From NCBI GenBank assembly GCA_012521185.1, contig JAAYMV010000116.1, positions 107 through 64,106 of the forward strand: DNA of 64,000 nt, given 5' to 3'. The notes under the pieces are model-generated. The model saw nothing but the letters and a program-made list of their open reading frames with translations, had not been told where the DNA came from and searched no databases. This DNA comes from Bacillota bacterium (GTDB taxonomy: Bacteria; Bacillota; Limnochordia; Darwinibacteriales; DTU012). The position numbers were made by a program, and so were the translations under genes. Of this stretch, positions 43,722 through 53,316 are shown piece by piece (the first letter of the stretch is position 1; every line of letters begins with the position of its first letter).

Positions 43722-44333
43722 ATGAAGGTTAGGGTCTTTGTTACAGATTTGTTGGATGCCAACTGTTATTTAATTAGTCATCAAGATCAGGCTATTATAG
43801 TAGATCCGGCAGGTATTGGCGAAGAAATTTTAGAGGTTTTAAAAGAAGAACAACTTAAGTTAATCGCTGTGATTAATACTCATGGGCATGTGGATCACAT
43901 AGCAGGTAATGCCTGGCTAAAAGATAAAACAGGCGCACCAATATTAATCCATCGAGACGATGCAGAATACCTAACAAATCCTGATTTGAATTTATCACCT
44001 TTTGTAAGTAATGACATTATTGGTCCTCCAGCAGATCAGGTTCTTGACGATCAAACTGTTATCCATGTAGGTGGTGAAGAACTAAAGGTTATTCACACAC
44101 CAGGACATACTCCTGGCGGAATTTGCTTACTTGGACCTAGCTTTTTAATTAGTGGCGATACTTTGTTCAAACATTCTGTAGGTCGCAGTGATTTTCCAGG
44201 TGGAGATAGTAGAGTCTTACGAGAAAGTATTTTGAAGCTTAAACAGCTCCCACCAGAAACGATTGTGTACCCTGGTCATGGAGAAAGCACCACCATTGGT
44301 GATGAAATTAAGTACAACATGTTTATGCGTTAG
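43722..44333 (+). CDS. metallo-beta-lactamase fold hydrolase (glyoxalase II-like)
   Basis: HxHxDH motif (THGHVDH). Confidence 0.7.
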   Translation: MKVRVFVTDLLDANCYLISHQDQAIIVDPAGIGEEILEVLKEEQLKLIAVINTHGHVDHIAGNAWLKDKTGAPILIHRDDAEYLTNPDLNLSPFVSNDIIGPPADQVLDDQTVIHVGGEELKVIHTPGHTPGGICLLGPSFLISGDTLFKHSVGRSDFPGGDSRVLRESILKLKQLPPETIVYPGHGESTTIGDEIKYNMFMR

Positions 44334-44344
44334 GAGATTTTTCA

Positions 44345-45835
44345 ATGCTGCAAGCTCAAAGATTGGAGCCCTTGAGCTTTAATATTCAAACTGATCCTGA
44401 GTTTTATAAGACTGTTGAAAGTACCATTTTAACATTATTTCCCAATGCTCAGTTTAGCGGGGGAAGGAATATTACTATTCATTCCCAGGTAAGTAAAGAG
44501 GGAATTAGGACTGAGGTTATTTTAGCAGATAGTACTGTTCGTTGGGAAATATTTGATCAAGAAATTAGCGATTCTGGATATACTGTCGCTGACTGGAAAA
44601 GACGAAGAAAAGAACGAATCCGTTTGGGCCTAATACAAGTTTTAACTCAAGAATACCAACTAAAGCCTAGTCCATGGGGAATCTTAGTTGGAGTTCGTCC
44701 CACAAAACTGATTCATAGTTTTTTTGATCGAGGCTTTTCACTAGAAAAAATAAAATATTTGCTAAGTGAGGTTTATGGATTAGAATCTAGTCGACAAGGT
44801 TTACTACTAGAAGTTGTTAGTAAACAGCGACTGTACTTCCATGAACAGGTTCATAATCCGATTGGTATATATATTGGAGTGCCATTTTGTCCGACTCGCT
44901 GTAAATATTGTTCTTTTGCTGCTTATCCTTTGGCTAGTCATGGCCATTTAGTAGATGGATTTATAAACGCACTTTATCATGAAATAGAAGAAATTGGTTG
45001 TTTGTTACAAGAATTGGGAATTATGATTGAATCGGTATATGTGGGCGGGGGCACACCTACTATCATTCGGGGAAATCGCTTAATTAAGTTATTAGCGTTA
45101 CTTAATAAGTATTTTGCTGTGAGTCAGAGCCGCGAGTTTACAGTGGAGGCAGGTAGACCAGAAACATTAGATTTAGAAACTTGTCAGATTTTGCAACAAG
45201 CTGGCGTACACCGGATTAGTATTAATCCACAAACTATGAATGATCAAACACTTGTTAGAATTGGACGAGATCATACATCTGCTCAGGTACGGCAAGCCTT
45301 TGAGTATGCTAAGACAGCAGGAATTACGACAATTAACGCGGATTTAATAATTGGCTTGCCTGGTGAAACTCTGTCCGATTTAGAGCATACGCTAACAGAA
45401 GTAGGGAAGCTAGAACCCGATAATATTACAGTGCACAGTTTAGCAATGAAAAGAGCAGCAGAATGGCGGAAGTCCACTCTAGAGCAATTGTATCAGGAAC
45501 AAGCGTTAGGTGAATCGATGAGCCAATTGACGCAGGACTATGTTCGAAGTTTAGGGTTAGAACCTTATTATTTATACCGCCAAAGAAAGATCTTTAGTGA
45601 TTTAGAAAACATTGGTTATGCAAAGCCTGGTACAGAATCTGTTTATAATATTCAAATGATGGAAGAAAGGCAAAGTATTGTTAGTTTAGGTGGTGGCGCA
45701 ATCTCCAAGTTTGTCAAGGCTGATTTATCCTTGCTCAGACATGCAAATCCTAAATGTCCAGCGACTTACAGTCAGCAAATTGAAGAGATTATTGCTGCTA
45801 AAAAATGTCTGATTAGACAGTACTTAGTGGTTTGA
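44345..45835 (+). CDS. radical SAM coproporphyrinogen-III-oxidase-like protein (HemZ-like)
   Basis: CxxxCxxC motif CPTRCKYCSF and HemN/HemZ-like architecture. About 500 aa, as for B. subtilis HemZ. Confidence 0.65.
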   Translation: MLQAQRLEPLSFNIQTDPEFYKTVESTILTLFPNAQFSGGRNITIHSQVSKEGIRTEVILADSTVRWEIFDQEISDSGYTVADWKRRRKERIRLGLIQVLTQEYQLKPSPWGILVGVRPTKLIHSFFDRGFSLEKIKYLLSEVYGLESSRQGLLLEVVSKQRLYFHEQVHNPIGIYIGVPFCPTRCKYCSFAAYPLASHGHLVDGFINALYHEIEEIGCLLQELGIMIESVYVGGGTPTIIRGNRLIKLLALLNKYFAVSQSREFTVEAGRPETLDLETCQILQQAGVHRISINPQTMNDQTLVRIGRDHTSAQVRQAFEYAKTAGITTINADLIIGLPGETLSDLEHTLTEVGKLEPDNITVHSLAMKRAAEWRKSTLEQLYQEQALGESMSQLTQDYVRSLGLEPYYLYRQRKIFSDLENIGYAKPGTESVYNIQMMEERQSIVSLGGGAISKFVKADLSLLRHANPKCPATYSQQIEEIIAAKKCLIRQYLVV

Positions 45836-45892
45836 CATAACTCGTGCTATACAGTACAATTAGCTTATGCATTCTTAAGACATTGGAAGGGA

Positions 45893-47287
45893 ATGGTTTG
45901 GGTGACAAGAAATTTTCGCAAAGCAGTTAAACCCCTAGTAATCATACTTGTAATTGCTTTTGTCGGTGGTACTCTCTTTACGGGAGGCGCATATTTATTT
46001 GGTAGAAATGACCAAACCGTTGCAGCGATTGGTACTGTTAATGGACAGCCAATTTCTGGAATGGAATTTCAGCAATTATACTATAATCAATTACAAAGTG
46101 CCCAAATGGAATATGGTAGACTTAATAATCAAATTATTGAAAGCGTAAAATATGGCACTTTTGAACATTTAGTTTCTGAAGCTTTACAAAAACAGGAAAT
46201 TGAAAAGCGAAAAATCACTGTTGCTAAAAAGGAAATTGATGAAGAGCTTAGCAAATTAAAGGAAATTTATTCTGAAGATATTCTAGAACAACTAGGCTAT
46301 ACAGATGCTGCACTTCGTATTATTATTGAAGAACAACTTAAAAAAGATAAATTGCGTGCAGAAATTGCAGGGCCAGTCGATATTACTGAGCAACAAATCA
46401 AAGATTTTTATGAACAAGTTGAAGCAAGCCATATCTTAATCAGAGTAGAATCTGACAATGAAGAAGCTTGGGCAAAAGCTAGAGAGCGCGGCGAGTTTGT
46501 TTTAGCCCAATTGGCCGAAATGGATTTTGCTGAAGCAGCTAAACAATATAGTGATGACTCCAATGCCGCTAATGGTGGTCAACTTGGCTATTTTGGCCGT
46601 GGCGTAATGGTTCCACAATTTGAAAACACCGCCTTCAATTTAGAAGTTGGCGAAATTAGTGACTTAGTAAGAACTGAATATGGCTATCATATTATCAAGG
46701 TTACTGATAAATATGTAGCAGAAGGTGAAGAATTCGAAGAGATTAAAGAGCATATTAGAGATTATCTTGCTAGCCAAGAACAAGACAAGCTGTTCCAACC
46801 ATGGTTGGAAGAACAGCGGGCTAATGCAGATTTAGTCATTCATGACCATCAAATAACTGCATTTGGTCATCGACTTAATGGAGATTTAGAAAAAGCGATA
46901 GAGTTTTATAACAAAGCTATTGAGTCAGGCTCAGAAGACGGTTATATTTACGCATCATTAGGTGATGTTTATGCTGAACTTGGTGACTATGAGCAAGCAG
47001 CTGCCAATTTTGAATTAGCAGTAAATAAGATTACTACAGATGGTGATTTATATTTCCGTTTAGGGTTAGCTTATGAAGAGTTAGACCGGATTGATGCAGC
47101 TGTTGATGCTTACTTGAAAACCTCTGAACTAATGGCTTATGATTTATCAGCACAATTCTTAGTTCTATCCTTCTTAAATGATTTAGGTGATGAAGAAGCA
47201 ATTAAGATTGTGGAAAATCGTTTAGAAGAATTGTATAGTATGTACGAACAATTAGAGAGTGCGGATACAGAGGTTGAACAGGAGTAA
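45893..47287 (+). CDS. membrane-anchored parvulin-type peptidyl-prolyl isomerase (PrsA/SurA-like) with C-terminal TPR repeats
   Basis: N-terminal TM, a SurA-N-like helical region and a PpiC domain (GGQLGYFGRGVMVPQFE). The C-terminal ~130 aa carry TPR-like AxxLGxxYxxLGxYxxA repeats. Confidence 0.65.
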   Translation: MVWVTRNFRKAVKPLVIILVIAFVGGTLFTGGAYLFGRNDQTVAAIGTVNGQPISGMEFQQLYYNQLQSAQMEYGRLNNQIIESVKYGTFEHLVSEALQKQEIEKRKITVAKKEIDEELSKLKEIYSEDILEQLGYTDAALRIIIEEQLKKDKLRAEIAGPVDITEQQIKDFYEQVEASHILIRVESDNEEAWAKARERGEFVLAQLAEMDFAEAAKQYSDDSNAANGGQLGYFGRGVMVPQFENTAFNLEVGEISDLVRTEYGYHIIKVTDKYVAEGEEFEEIKEHIRDYLASQEQDKLFQPWLEEQRANADLVIHDHQITAFGHRLNGDLEKAIEFYNKAIESGSEDGYIYASLGDVYAELGDYEQAAANFELAVNKITTDGDLYFRLGLAYEELDRIDAAVDAYLKTSELMAYDLSAQFLVLSFLNDLGDEEAIKIVENRLEELYSMYEQLESADTEVEQE

Positions 47288-47297
47288 AAGCAATTAG

Positions 47298-47326
47298 TTG
47301 CTTGAAAATGATTATAGAGTTATAAT
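47298..47326 (+). promoter_or_regulatory. sigma-A promoter for hisS-aspS
   Basis: TTGCTT at 47298-47303, a 17-nt spacer, then TATAAT at 47321-47326. The transcript would begin inside the 11-bp hairpin at 47329-47354. Confidence 0.5.
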
Positions 47327-47394
47327 TTGCGAGTGGTGAATTTTCACCACTCGCTTGTTATAGGTTAATCAGTTTTACTCTAGGAGGGTATTTT

Positions 47395-48663
47395 GTGAAC
47401 GTTAGACGGCCACGAGGCACAAATGATATTTTACCAGGTGCTAGTGAACACTGGCAGTTTGTAGAACAGAAAATCAGAGATATTTGTCATAATTTTGGAT
47501 ACCAAGAAATCCGTACACCAATTTTTGAACATACAGAACTATTTGAGCGGGGTATTGGTGAAACTACCGATATTGTTGAGAAAGAGATGTATACTTTTCA
47601 AGATCGGGGAGATCGTAGTATCACTTTAAGACCAGAAGGAACCGCACCGGTAGTGCGAGCTTTCTTAGAAAATAAGCTTTATGCCCAACCTTTGCCTGCA
47701 AAACTTTACTATTTCGGTCCAATGTTCCGTTATGAAAAACCACAAGCAGGACGATACCGGCAATTCTATCAATTTGGTGTTGAAGCAATTGGCAGTGCAG
47801 ATCCAGCATTAGATGTAGAAATGATTGTTTTACCAATAGAGTTTTACAAGTCTTGTGGCTTGTCAGGCTTCCAAGTACATATTAACAGTATTGGATGTCC
47901 AACTTGTCGCCCAACTTATCGGGATACTTTACGGAAAATGTTTTCAGAAAAACTGGATCAGTTTTGTAGTAATTGTCAAGGAAGAATTGAACGGAATCCA
48001 CTGCGTGTATTAGATTGTAAATCGCCTAAGTGTCAAGAACTTATAGACGATATTCCATTGGTATTAGATTCTTTATGTCCGGAATGCAGCGAACACTTTG
48101 CTCAAGTCCGACAATATCTAGATTTGCTAGAAATTGACTACATTATTAACCCAAAATTAGTTCGCGGTTTTGACTATTATACACGTACTGTATTCGAGAT
48201 TACAGTAGCATCCCTTGGTGCGCAAAATGCTATCGGTGGTGGGGGACGTTATGATGGTTTGGTGGAAGAGTGTGGCGGTAATCCAGCTCCAGCAGTTGGT
48301 TTTGCTGTAGGTTTAGACCGTTTAATGTTAGCCTTAGAAAACCAAGAGAGTCAGATTTTTACTCCACGAAAACCCGATGGCTTTGTGGCTCATTTTGGCG
48401 GTGTTACTAAGCCGGTTGCCATTAAAGTTGTTAATGATTTGCGTAAGCAGGGTCTTTGGGTGGAAATGGATTATTTAGATCGTAGTCTAAAGGCTCAGAT
48501 GAAATCTGCTAACCGCTTTAATTGCAACTGGGTGCTTATAATTGGTGAAGATGAATTAGCTGATAATAAAGTTAAATTACGTTGGCTCGCTTCTGGAGAA
48601 GAGGAAGAGGTAGAGTTAGATAACATTCAGGTCAGACTGTTAAATGAGAGAGAGGGGCAGTAA
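47395..48663 (+). CDS. hisS: histidyl-tRNA synthetase
   Basis: Class II aaRS motifs and a HisRS anticodon-binding domain. GTG start. Confidence 0.95.
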   Translation: MNVRRPRGTNDILPGASEHWQFVEQKIRDICHNFGYQEIRTPIFEHTELFERGIGETTDIVEKEMYTFQDRGDRSITLRPEGTAPVVRAFLENKLYAQPLPAKLYYFGPMFRYEKPQAGRYRQFYQFGVEAIGSADPALDVEMIVLPIEFYKSCGLSGFQVHINSIGCPTCRPTYRDTLRKMFSEKLDQFCSNCQGRIERNPLRVLDCKSPKCQELIDDIPLVLDSLCPECSEHFAQVRQYLDLLEIDYIINPKLVRGFDYYTRTVFEITVASLGAQNAIGGGGRYDGLVEECGGNPAPAVGFAVGLDRLMLALENQESQIFTPRKPDGFVAHFGGVTKPVAIKVVNDLRKQGLWVEMDYLDRSLKAQMKSANRFNCNWVLIIGEDELADNKVKLRWLASGEEEEVELDNIQVRLLNEREGQ

Positions 48664-48665
48664 GG

Positions 48666-50432
48666 ATGAGCTGGAAGAGAACACATAACTGTGGCCAATT
48701 AGATTTATCATATAAAGAACAACGAGTGGTTCTAAACGGATGGGTCAATCGTCGGCGCGACCATGGGGGCGTAATCTTTGTAGATTTAAGAGATCGGTCA
48801 GGCATAGTGCAAATAGTGTTTAGTCCTGAAATTTTAGATACAGAAACCTTTGCCAAAGCAGAACGCTTGCGTAGCGAATTTGTTCTTTCTGTAGCTGGTA
48901 AGGTGTTAGCCCGCCCAGAAGGTCAACAAAATCCAAATATGGCAACTGGTGAAATTGAAGTATATGTTGATTCTTTTGAAATACTTTCTGAGGCAAAAAC
49001 ACCGCCATTTCCCATTGAACGTCACGTAGATGTGGACGAGAGTCTTCGTTTACGTTATCGTTACTTAGACTTACGTCGGCAAGAGTTACAGAAGGGAATT
49101 ATTTTGCGTCATAAGATTATTCATCATATTAGAAACTTCTTTGAAAAACATGGTTTTTTAGAAATAGAAACACCAATATTGACCAAATCAACACCAGAAG
49201 GTGCACGAGATTATGTAGTGCCCAGTCGTGTGCATCCAGGTGAATTCTATGCATTACCACAATCACCGCAATTGTTTAAGCAATTGTTGATGATTGCAGG
49301 TTTCGAGCGTTATTACCAAATTGCTCGTTGTTTTCGCGATGAAGATTTAAGAGCAGATCGTCAGCCGGAATTCACTCAAATCGATGTAGAAATGTCATTC
49401 GTTGAGCCTGATGATATAATGCAGTTAATGGAAACTATGATTTTAGAAGTTTTCACAATGGTTACTGGCAAAACGGTTCCTACTCCTTTGCCTAGAATGA
49501 CCTATGCTGAGGCTATGGCTCGATTTGGTACAGACCGACCAGATACTCGCTTTGGTTTAGAATTACAGGATGTAACTGCGGATTTAGCCAACAGCGGCTT
49601 TAAAGTGTTTGCTGATACTGTTAAAAACGGTGGAGTAATTAAAGGAATCAATGCCCAAGGTTGCGGTGAATCATTTTCCCGACGAGAGATCGATCAACTG
49701 GTTGAATTAGCCATGGATTATGGTGCTAAAGGTTTAGTCTGGTTTAATATTGCAGATACAGTTAAATCTCCTGTGGCTAAGTTTCTCTCAGAAGCAGAAA
49801 TTAATAGCATTATGGAAAAGTTACAGGCTAAACCTGGCGATTTACTATTATTAGTTGCTGATCAAGAAGTGGTTGCTTGCGAAGTGTTAGGCCGATTACG
49901 TTTATTCCTTGGTAATAAACTGGATCTAATTGATGAAGACCAATTCAATTTCTTATGGATCACTGATTGGCCTCTACTAGTTTATGATGAGGATGAACAG
50001 CGTTATGTGGCTGCTCACCATCCATTTACAGCACCATTTGACGAGGATATAGAGCTTTTGGCGACTGCTCCTGGTAAAGTACGGGCTAAAGCCTATGACT
50101 TAGTACTAAACGGGGTAGAATTAGGCGGCGGAAGCATTCGAATTTATCAACGAGATCTGCAAGAGAAAATGTTTAAAGCATTAGGTTTTACCATGGAAGA
50201 GGCTCAGCAGCAATTTGGTTTCTTCTTAGAAGCCTTCGAATATGGAGCACCGCCTCATGGTGGAATTGCTTTCGGTTTAGACCGTTTAGTTATGCTATTG
50301 GCAGGACAAAAGTCAATTCGTGACGTAATTGCATTTCCAAAAAATGCCAGTGCTAGCGATTTAATGATGGGTGCGCCTGGAGAAATCAGTAAGAAACAGC
50401 TAGCAGAGCTATATATTCAAGTCAAAAGCTAG
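48666..50432 (+). CDS. aspS: aspartyl-tRNA synthetase
   Basis: N-terminal OB fold, class II core with the GAD insertion, and QSPQLFKQ and [18 protein letters not shown] motifs. Confidence 0.95.
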   Translation: MSWKRTHNCGQLDLSYKEQRVVLNGWVNRRRDHGGVIFVDLRDRSGIVQIVFSPEILDTETFAKAERLRSEFVLSVAGKVLARPEGQQNPNMATGEIEVYVDSFEILSEAKTPPFPIERHVDVDESLRLRYRYLDLRRQELQKGIILRHKIIHHIRNFFEKHGFLEIETPILTKSTPEGARDYVVPSRVHPGEFYALPQSPQLFKQLLMIAGFERYYQIARCFRDEDLRADRQPEFTQIDVEMSFVEPDDIMQLMETMILEVFTMVTGKTVPTPLPRMTYAEAMARFGTDRPDTRFGLELQDVTADLANSGFKVFADTVKNGGVIKGINAQGCGESFSRREIDQLVELAMDYGAKGLVWFNIADTVKSPVAKFLSEAEINSIMEKLQAKPGDLLLLVADQEVVACEVLGRLRLFLGNKLDLIDEDQFNFLWITDWPLLVYDEDEQRYVAAHHPFTAPFDEDIELLATAPGKVRAKAYDLVLNGVELGGGSIRIYQRDLQEKMFKALGFTMEEAQQQFGFFLEAFEYGAPPHGGIAFGLDRLVMLLAGQKSIRDVIAFPKNASASDLMMGAPGEISKKQLAELYIQVKS

Positions 50433-50463
50433 GCTAGGGGAGAAAATTGGTAAGGCCAATTAG

Positions 50464-50492
50464 TTGCAAGGAACGTGTTTATATGTTAAACT
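50464..50492 (+). promoter_or_regulatory. sigma-A type promoter of the putative 6S RNA
   Basis: TTGCAA at 50464-50469, a 17-nt spacer, then TAAACT at 50487-50492. Confidence 0.4.
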
Positions 50493-50498
50493 ATGAAT

Positions 50499-50725
50499 GA
50501 ACCAAAACCCTGCTGTGTTCGGGATGAAGCTGGCTTTGTTATGAGCCAACACCATAACAAAGGGAATTCGGTCTCTAGTAGTGGATGGCAGGCCCAGTAA
50601 ATGAAATGGGAAGTCAGAAGCTATTAGGAGAATACCCACCTGCCGAGAGCAGGTTCATGCTAGTCAGCCAAACGACATGGTGGGGAACTTAAAAAAGAAA
50701 GTCTCCCTTTACGGGAGGCTTTTTT
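50499..50725 (+). ncRNA. ssrS: probable 6S RNA (SsrS), in a position matching the Bacillus 6S-1 locus between aspS and tcdA/yrvM
   Basis: About 290 nt with no ORF. It has its own promoter and a rho-independent terminator (GTCTCCC TTTACG GGAGGC plus TTTTTT at 50701-50726). Distal 5' and 3' segments are mutually complementary (CTGCTGTGTTCGG with CCGAGAGCAGG; GCTGGCT with AGTCAGCC). A 10-bp hairpin CTTTGTTATG/CATAACAAAG lies in the central region. Confidence 0.5.
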
Positions 50726-50745
50726 GTGTTCGAGGTGATTATAAC

Positions 50746-51451
50746 CATGTTACATAGATATAGCCGTTTAGAACTAATAGTTGGCAAAGAAGGTTTTCAG
50801 CGCCTAGCCAATAGTACAGTTGCTGTCTTCGGTCTTGGCGGAGTAGGTGGCGGTGCAGTGGAAGCATTAGCACGAGCTGGGGTTGGTAACCTTGTATTAG
50901 TAGATTTTGACACAGTTTGTGTAACGAACATCAATCGTCAGATTATTGCCCTAGAATCCACTATAGGTCGACCCAAAACAGAAGTAATGGAAGAGCGTGT
51001 GAAAGAGATTAATCCAGATTGCCAGACAATCTGTTATAATACGAAATATACAGCGGAGAATTCTAGTCAGTTACTATCTACGAGTTATGACTATGTGATT
51101 GATGCCATTGATATGGTAACTTCCAAACTACATTTAATTGAAAGTTGTTATCAGCAACGGATCCCTATTATTTCAGCAATGGGTGCTGGGAATAAGTTAG
51201 ATCCGACAAAATTACAAGTGGTGGATATTTCACAAACTCATATCTGTCCTTTAGCTAGAGTAGTACGCACTGAATTACGAAAAAGAGGAATCAATCAAGG
51301 TATTCAAGTTGTCTATTCTACTGAACGGCCGATTCGGCATAACCAGGGTCAGAACAGCCGAACCCCGGGTTCGAGTTCAGTGGTACCGCCAGTAGCTGGT
51401 TTTATTATGGCTAGTGTAGTTATTCGCTCAATTTTAGGTATTGAGGGGTGA
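50746..51451 (+). CDS. tcdA: tRNA threonylcarbamoyladenosine dehydratase (ThiF/MoeB family, YrvM-like)
   Basis: Rossmann GxGxxG motif (VFGLGGVGG). Probable ATG at 50746 after GAGGTGA; the ORF-track GTG at 50726 lies inside the terminator T-run. Confidence 0.7.
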
Positions 51452-51456
51452 TCTAA

Positions 51457-52770
51457 GTGGACCTATTTAGTGTTGGTCGAGACTCGAAGGGACAACCTTT
51501 AGCAGTCCGGATGCGACCGACTAATCTAGATGACTATGTTGGTCAGCAGCATATTTTAGGTAAAGGGAAATTGTTACGGCAGGCTATTGAAAATGATCAA
51601 ATCGGTTCCTTGATTTTATATGGTCCGCCAGGTACAGGTAAAACTACCCTTGCCCATGTTATTTCTCAAACTACTAATGCTTACTTTTTAAAGGTTAGTG
51701 CTACCACAACTGGAGTGGCCGAACTAAAAAATATTATTAGTAAGGCGCAAGATCGACTAAAATTTCAACAAAAAAGTACCATTTTGTTTATTGACGAGAT
51801 TCAAAGGTTAAATAAAGGACAACAAGATGTGCTACTGCCAGCAATGGAAGACGGGGATATTAAATTAATTGCTGCAACCACAGAAAATCCCTATTTTGAA
51901 GTTAATGGGGCTTTATTAAGCCGTTCTAGTATCTTTCAACTGCAGCCGTTAACTAAAGATGAATTGCGGCAAATTGCCCTGCGAGCCATGAATCACGAAA
52001 ACGGGTTGCTGGACTATCCTCACCAGATTAGTGAGCAAGCTTTAGAACATTTAATTGAAACTTCCAATGGTGATGCGCGAGTATTGTTAAACAGCTTAGA
52101 GTTTGCGGTAATGGGCACAATTCCAAATGCTCAAGGAATTCGAGTAATTGATTTGCAAACGATGGAAGATGCTGTCCAAAGCCAACGTATAAACTATGAT
52201 AAATCTGGTGATTCTCATTATGATGTAACCTCAGCTTTTATTAAGTCCATGCGAGGTAGTGATCCAGATGCAGCATTGTATTGGTTTGCCCGGATGCTTT
52301 ATGCTAATGAGGATCCGCGGTTTATTGTTCGACGGTTAATTGTTCATGCTTCAGAAGATGTGGGGATGGCGGATCCGACAGCCATGCTAGTAGCTCATGC
52401 AGCGGCTAATGCTCTTGAATGGGTAGGTTTACCAGAAGCTAGAATTCCTATTGCTCAAGCAATTATTCACATTGCGACGGCACCAAAGAGCAACTCTGTA
52501 GTGAAAGCCATAGATCAAGCGATGGCTACTGTCGAACAAACTCAAGCTGAGCCAGTACCTAAGCATCTACGAGACAGTCATTATAGTGGAGCCAAAGAAT
52601 TAGGTCATGGAGATGGCTACTTATATCCTCACGACTATCCATATCATTATGTAAAGCAACAATATATGCCAAATAACGTCAAAGATCAGATATTTTATCA
52701 GCCAACGGAGCAAGGGCGAGAAAAACACATTAAGGAACGAATGGATTACTTTAGGAAACAAATTCGTTGA
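51457..52770 (+). CDS. rarA: replication-associated recombination protein A (AAA+ ATPase RarA/MgsA)
   Basis: Walker A GPPGTGKTT and Walker B ILFIDEIQR, with a MgsA C-terminal domain. Confidence 0.9.
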   Translation: MDLFSVGRDSKGQPLAVRMRPTNLDDYVGQQHILGKGKLLRQAIENDQIGSLILYGPPGTGKTTLAHVISQTTNAYFLKVSATTTGVAELKNIISKAQDRLKFQQKSTILFIDEIQRLNKGQQDVLLPAMEDGDIKLIAATTENPYFEVNGALLSRSSIFQLQPLTKDELRQIALRAMNHENGLLDYPHQISEQALEHLIETSNGDARVLLNSLEFAVMGTIPNAQGIRVIDLQTMEDAVQSQRINYDKSGDSHYDVTSAFIKSMRGSDPDAALYWFARMLYANEDPRFIVRRLIVHASEDVGMADPTAMLVAHAAANALEWVGLPEARIPIAQAIIHIATAPKSNSVVKAIDQAMATVEQTQAEPVPKHLRDSHYSGAKELGHGDGYLYPHDYPYHYVKQQYMPNNVKDQIFYQPTEQGREKHIKERMDYFRKQIR

Positions 52771-52795
52771 CAGCCAATTGTAGCTGTGATAAGAT
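52767..52795 (+). promoter_or_regulatory. sigma-A promoter for the Rrf2-regulator/iscS/iscU operon
   Basis: TTGACA at 52767-52772 overlaps the rarA stop; a 17-nt spacer precedes TAAGAT at 52790-52795. Confidence 0.45.
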
Positions 52796-52845
52796 TAACC
52801 TAAAGAATTCCTAGGTACTTACTCGGGATTGATAGGAGGGTCAGA

Positions 52846-53295
52846 ATGCGAATCTCAACCAGAGGAGAGTACGGAGTTAGGGCAATGCTAGATTTAGCAT
52901 TACATCATGGCCAGGGGCCTATTTCCTTGAAAACAATTGCCGAAAGGCAAGATATATCGGAACATTATTTGGAACAGTTAATTGCTTCCTTACGAAAAGC
53001 CGGTCTAGTAACTAGCGTTCGCGGTGCACAAGGAGGATATTTACTTGCTAAAGAACCAAGTGAAATCAGAATCGGTGATATTATTCGAACCCTAGAGGGA
53101 CCGATAGCACCAATGGAGTGTGTTGAGGAAGATCATGACTCTTGTGTGAAAGTGGAGCGGTGTGCTACACGTGTTTTATGGCAAAAGTTACAAGCTAGTA
53201 TGGAGAAAGTTTTAGATAATACGACCCTTGCTTGTTTATGCGAAGAAACATTGCGCTTAAAAGCGAAAGATGACTCATTTATGTATCATATCTAA
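52846..53295 (+). CDS. Rrf2-family transcriptional regulator (IscR/CymR-like)
   Basis: Rrf2 wHTH (RGEYGVRAMLDLA). The cysteines CxxxxxxC..C are compatible with an Fe-S-binding IscR. Confidence 0.8.
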   Translation: MRISTRGEYGVRAMLDLALHHGQGPISLKTIAERQDISEHYLEQLIASLRKAGLVTSVRGAQGGYLLAKEPSEIRIGDIIRTLEGPIAPMECVEEDHDSCVKVERCATRVLWQKLQASMEKVLDNTTLACLCEETLRLKAKDDSFMYHI

Positions 53296-53316
53296 CTAAT
53301 TTAGATGAAATAGGGG

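Noticed and set aside
47288-47394. T-box riboswitch upstream of hisS, with the same check upstream of alaS at 56240-56328
   Set aside because: The gaps are only about 107 and 89 nt. There is no T-box core (AATTAGGGTGGTACCGCG-like) sequence and no specifier-loop architecture. The GTGGTGA in the hisS hairpin is a chance resemblance.
52796-52845. Rrf2 (IscR/CymR) operator between the promoter and the regulator gene (GAATTCCTAGG)
   Set aside because: The sequence consists only of two adjacent 6-bp restriction-site palindromes. It does not form a longer dyad and does not match the IscR or CymR motifs as I remember them.
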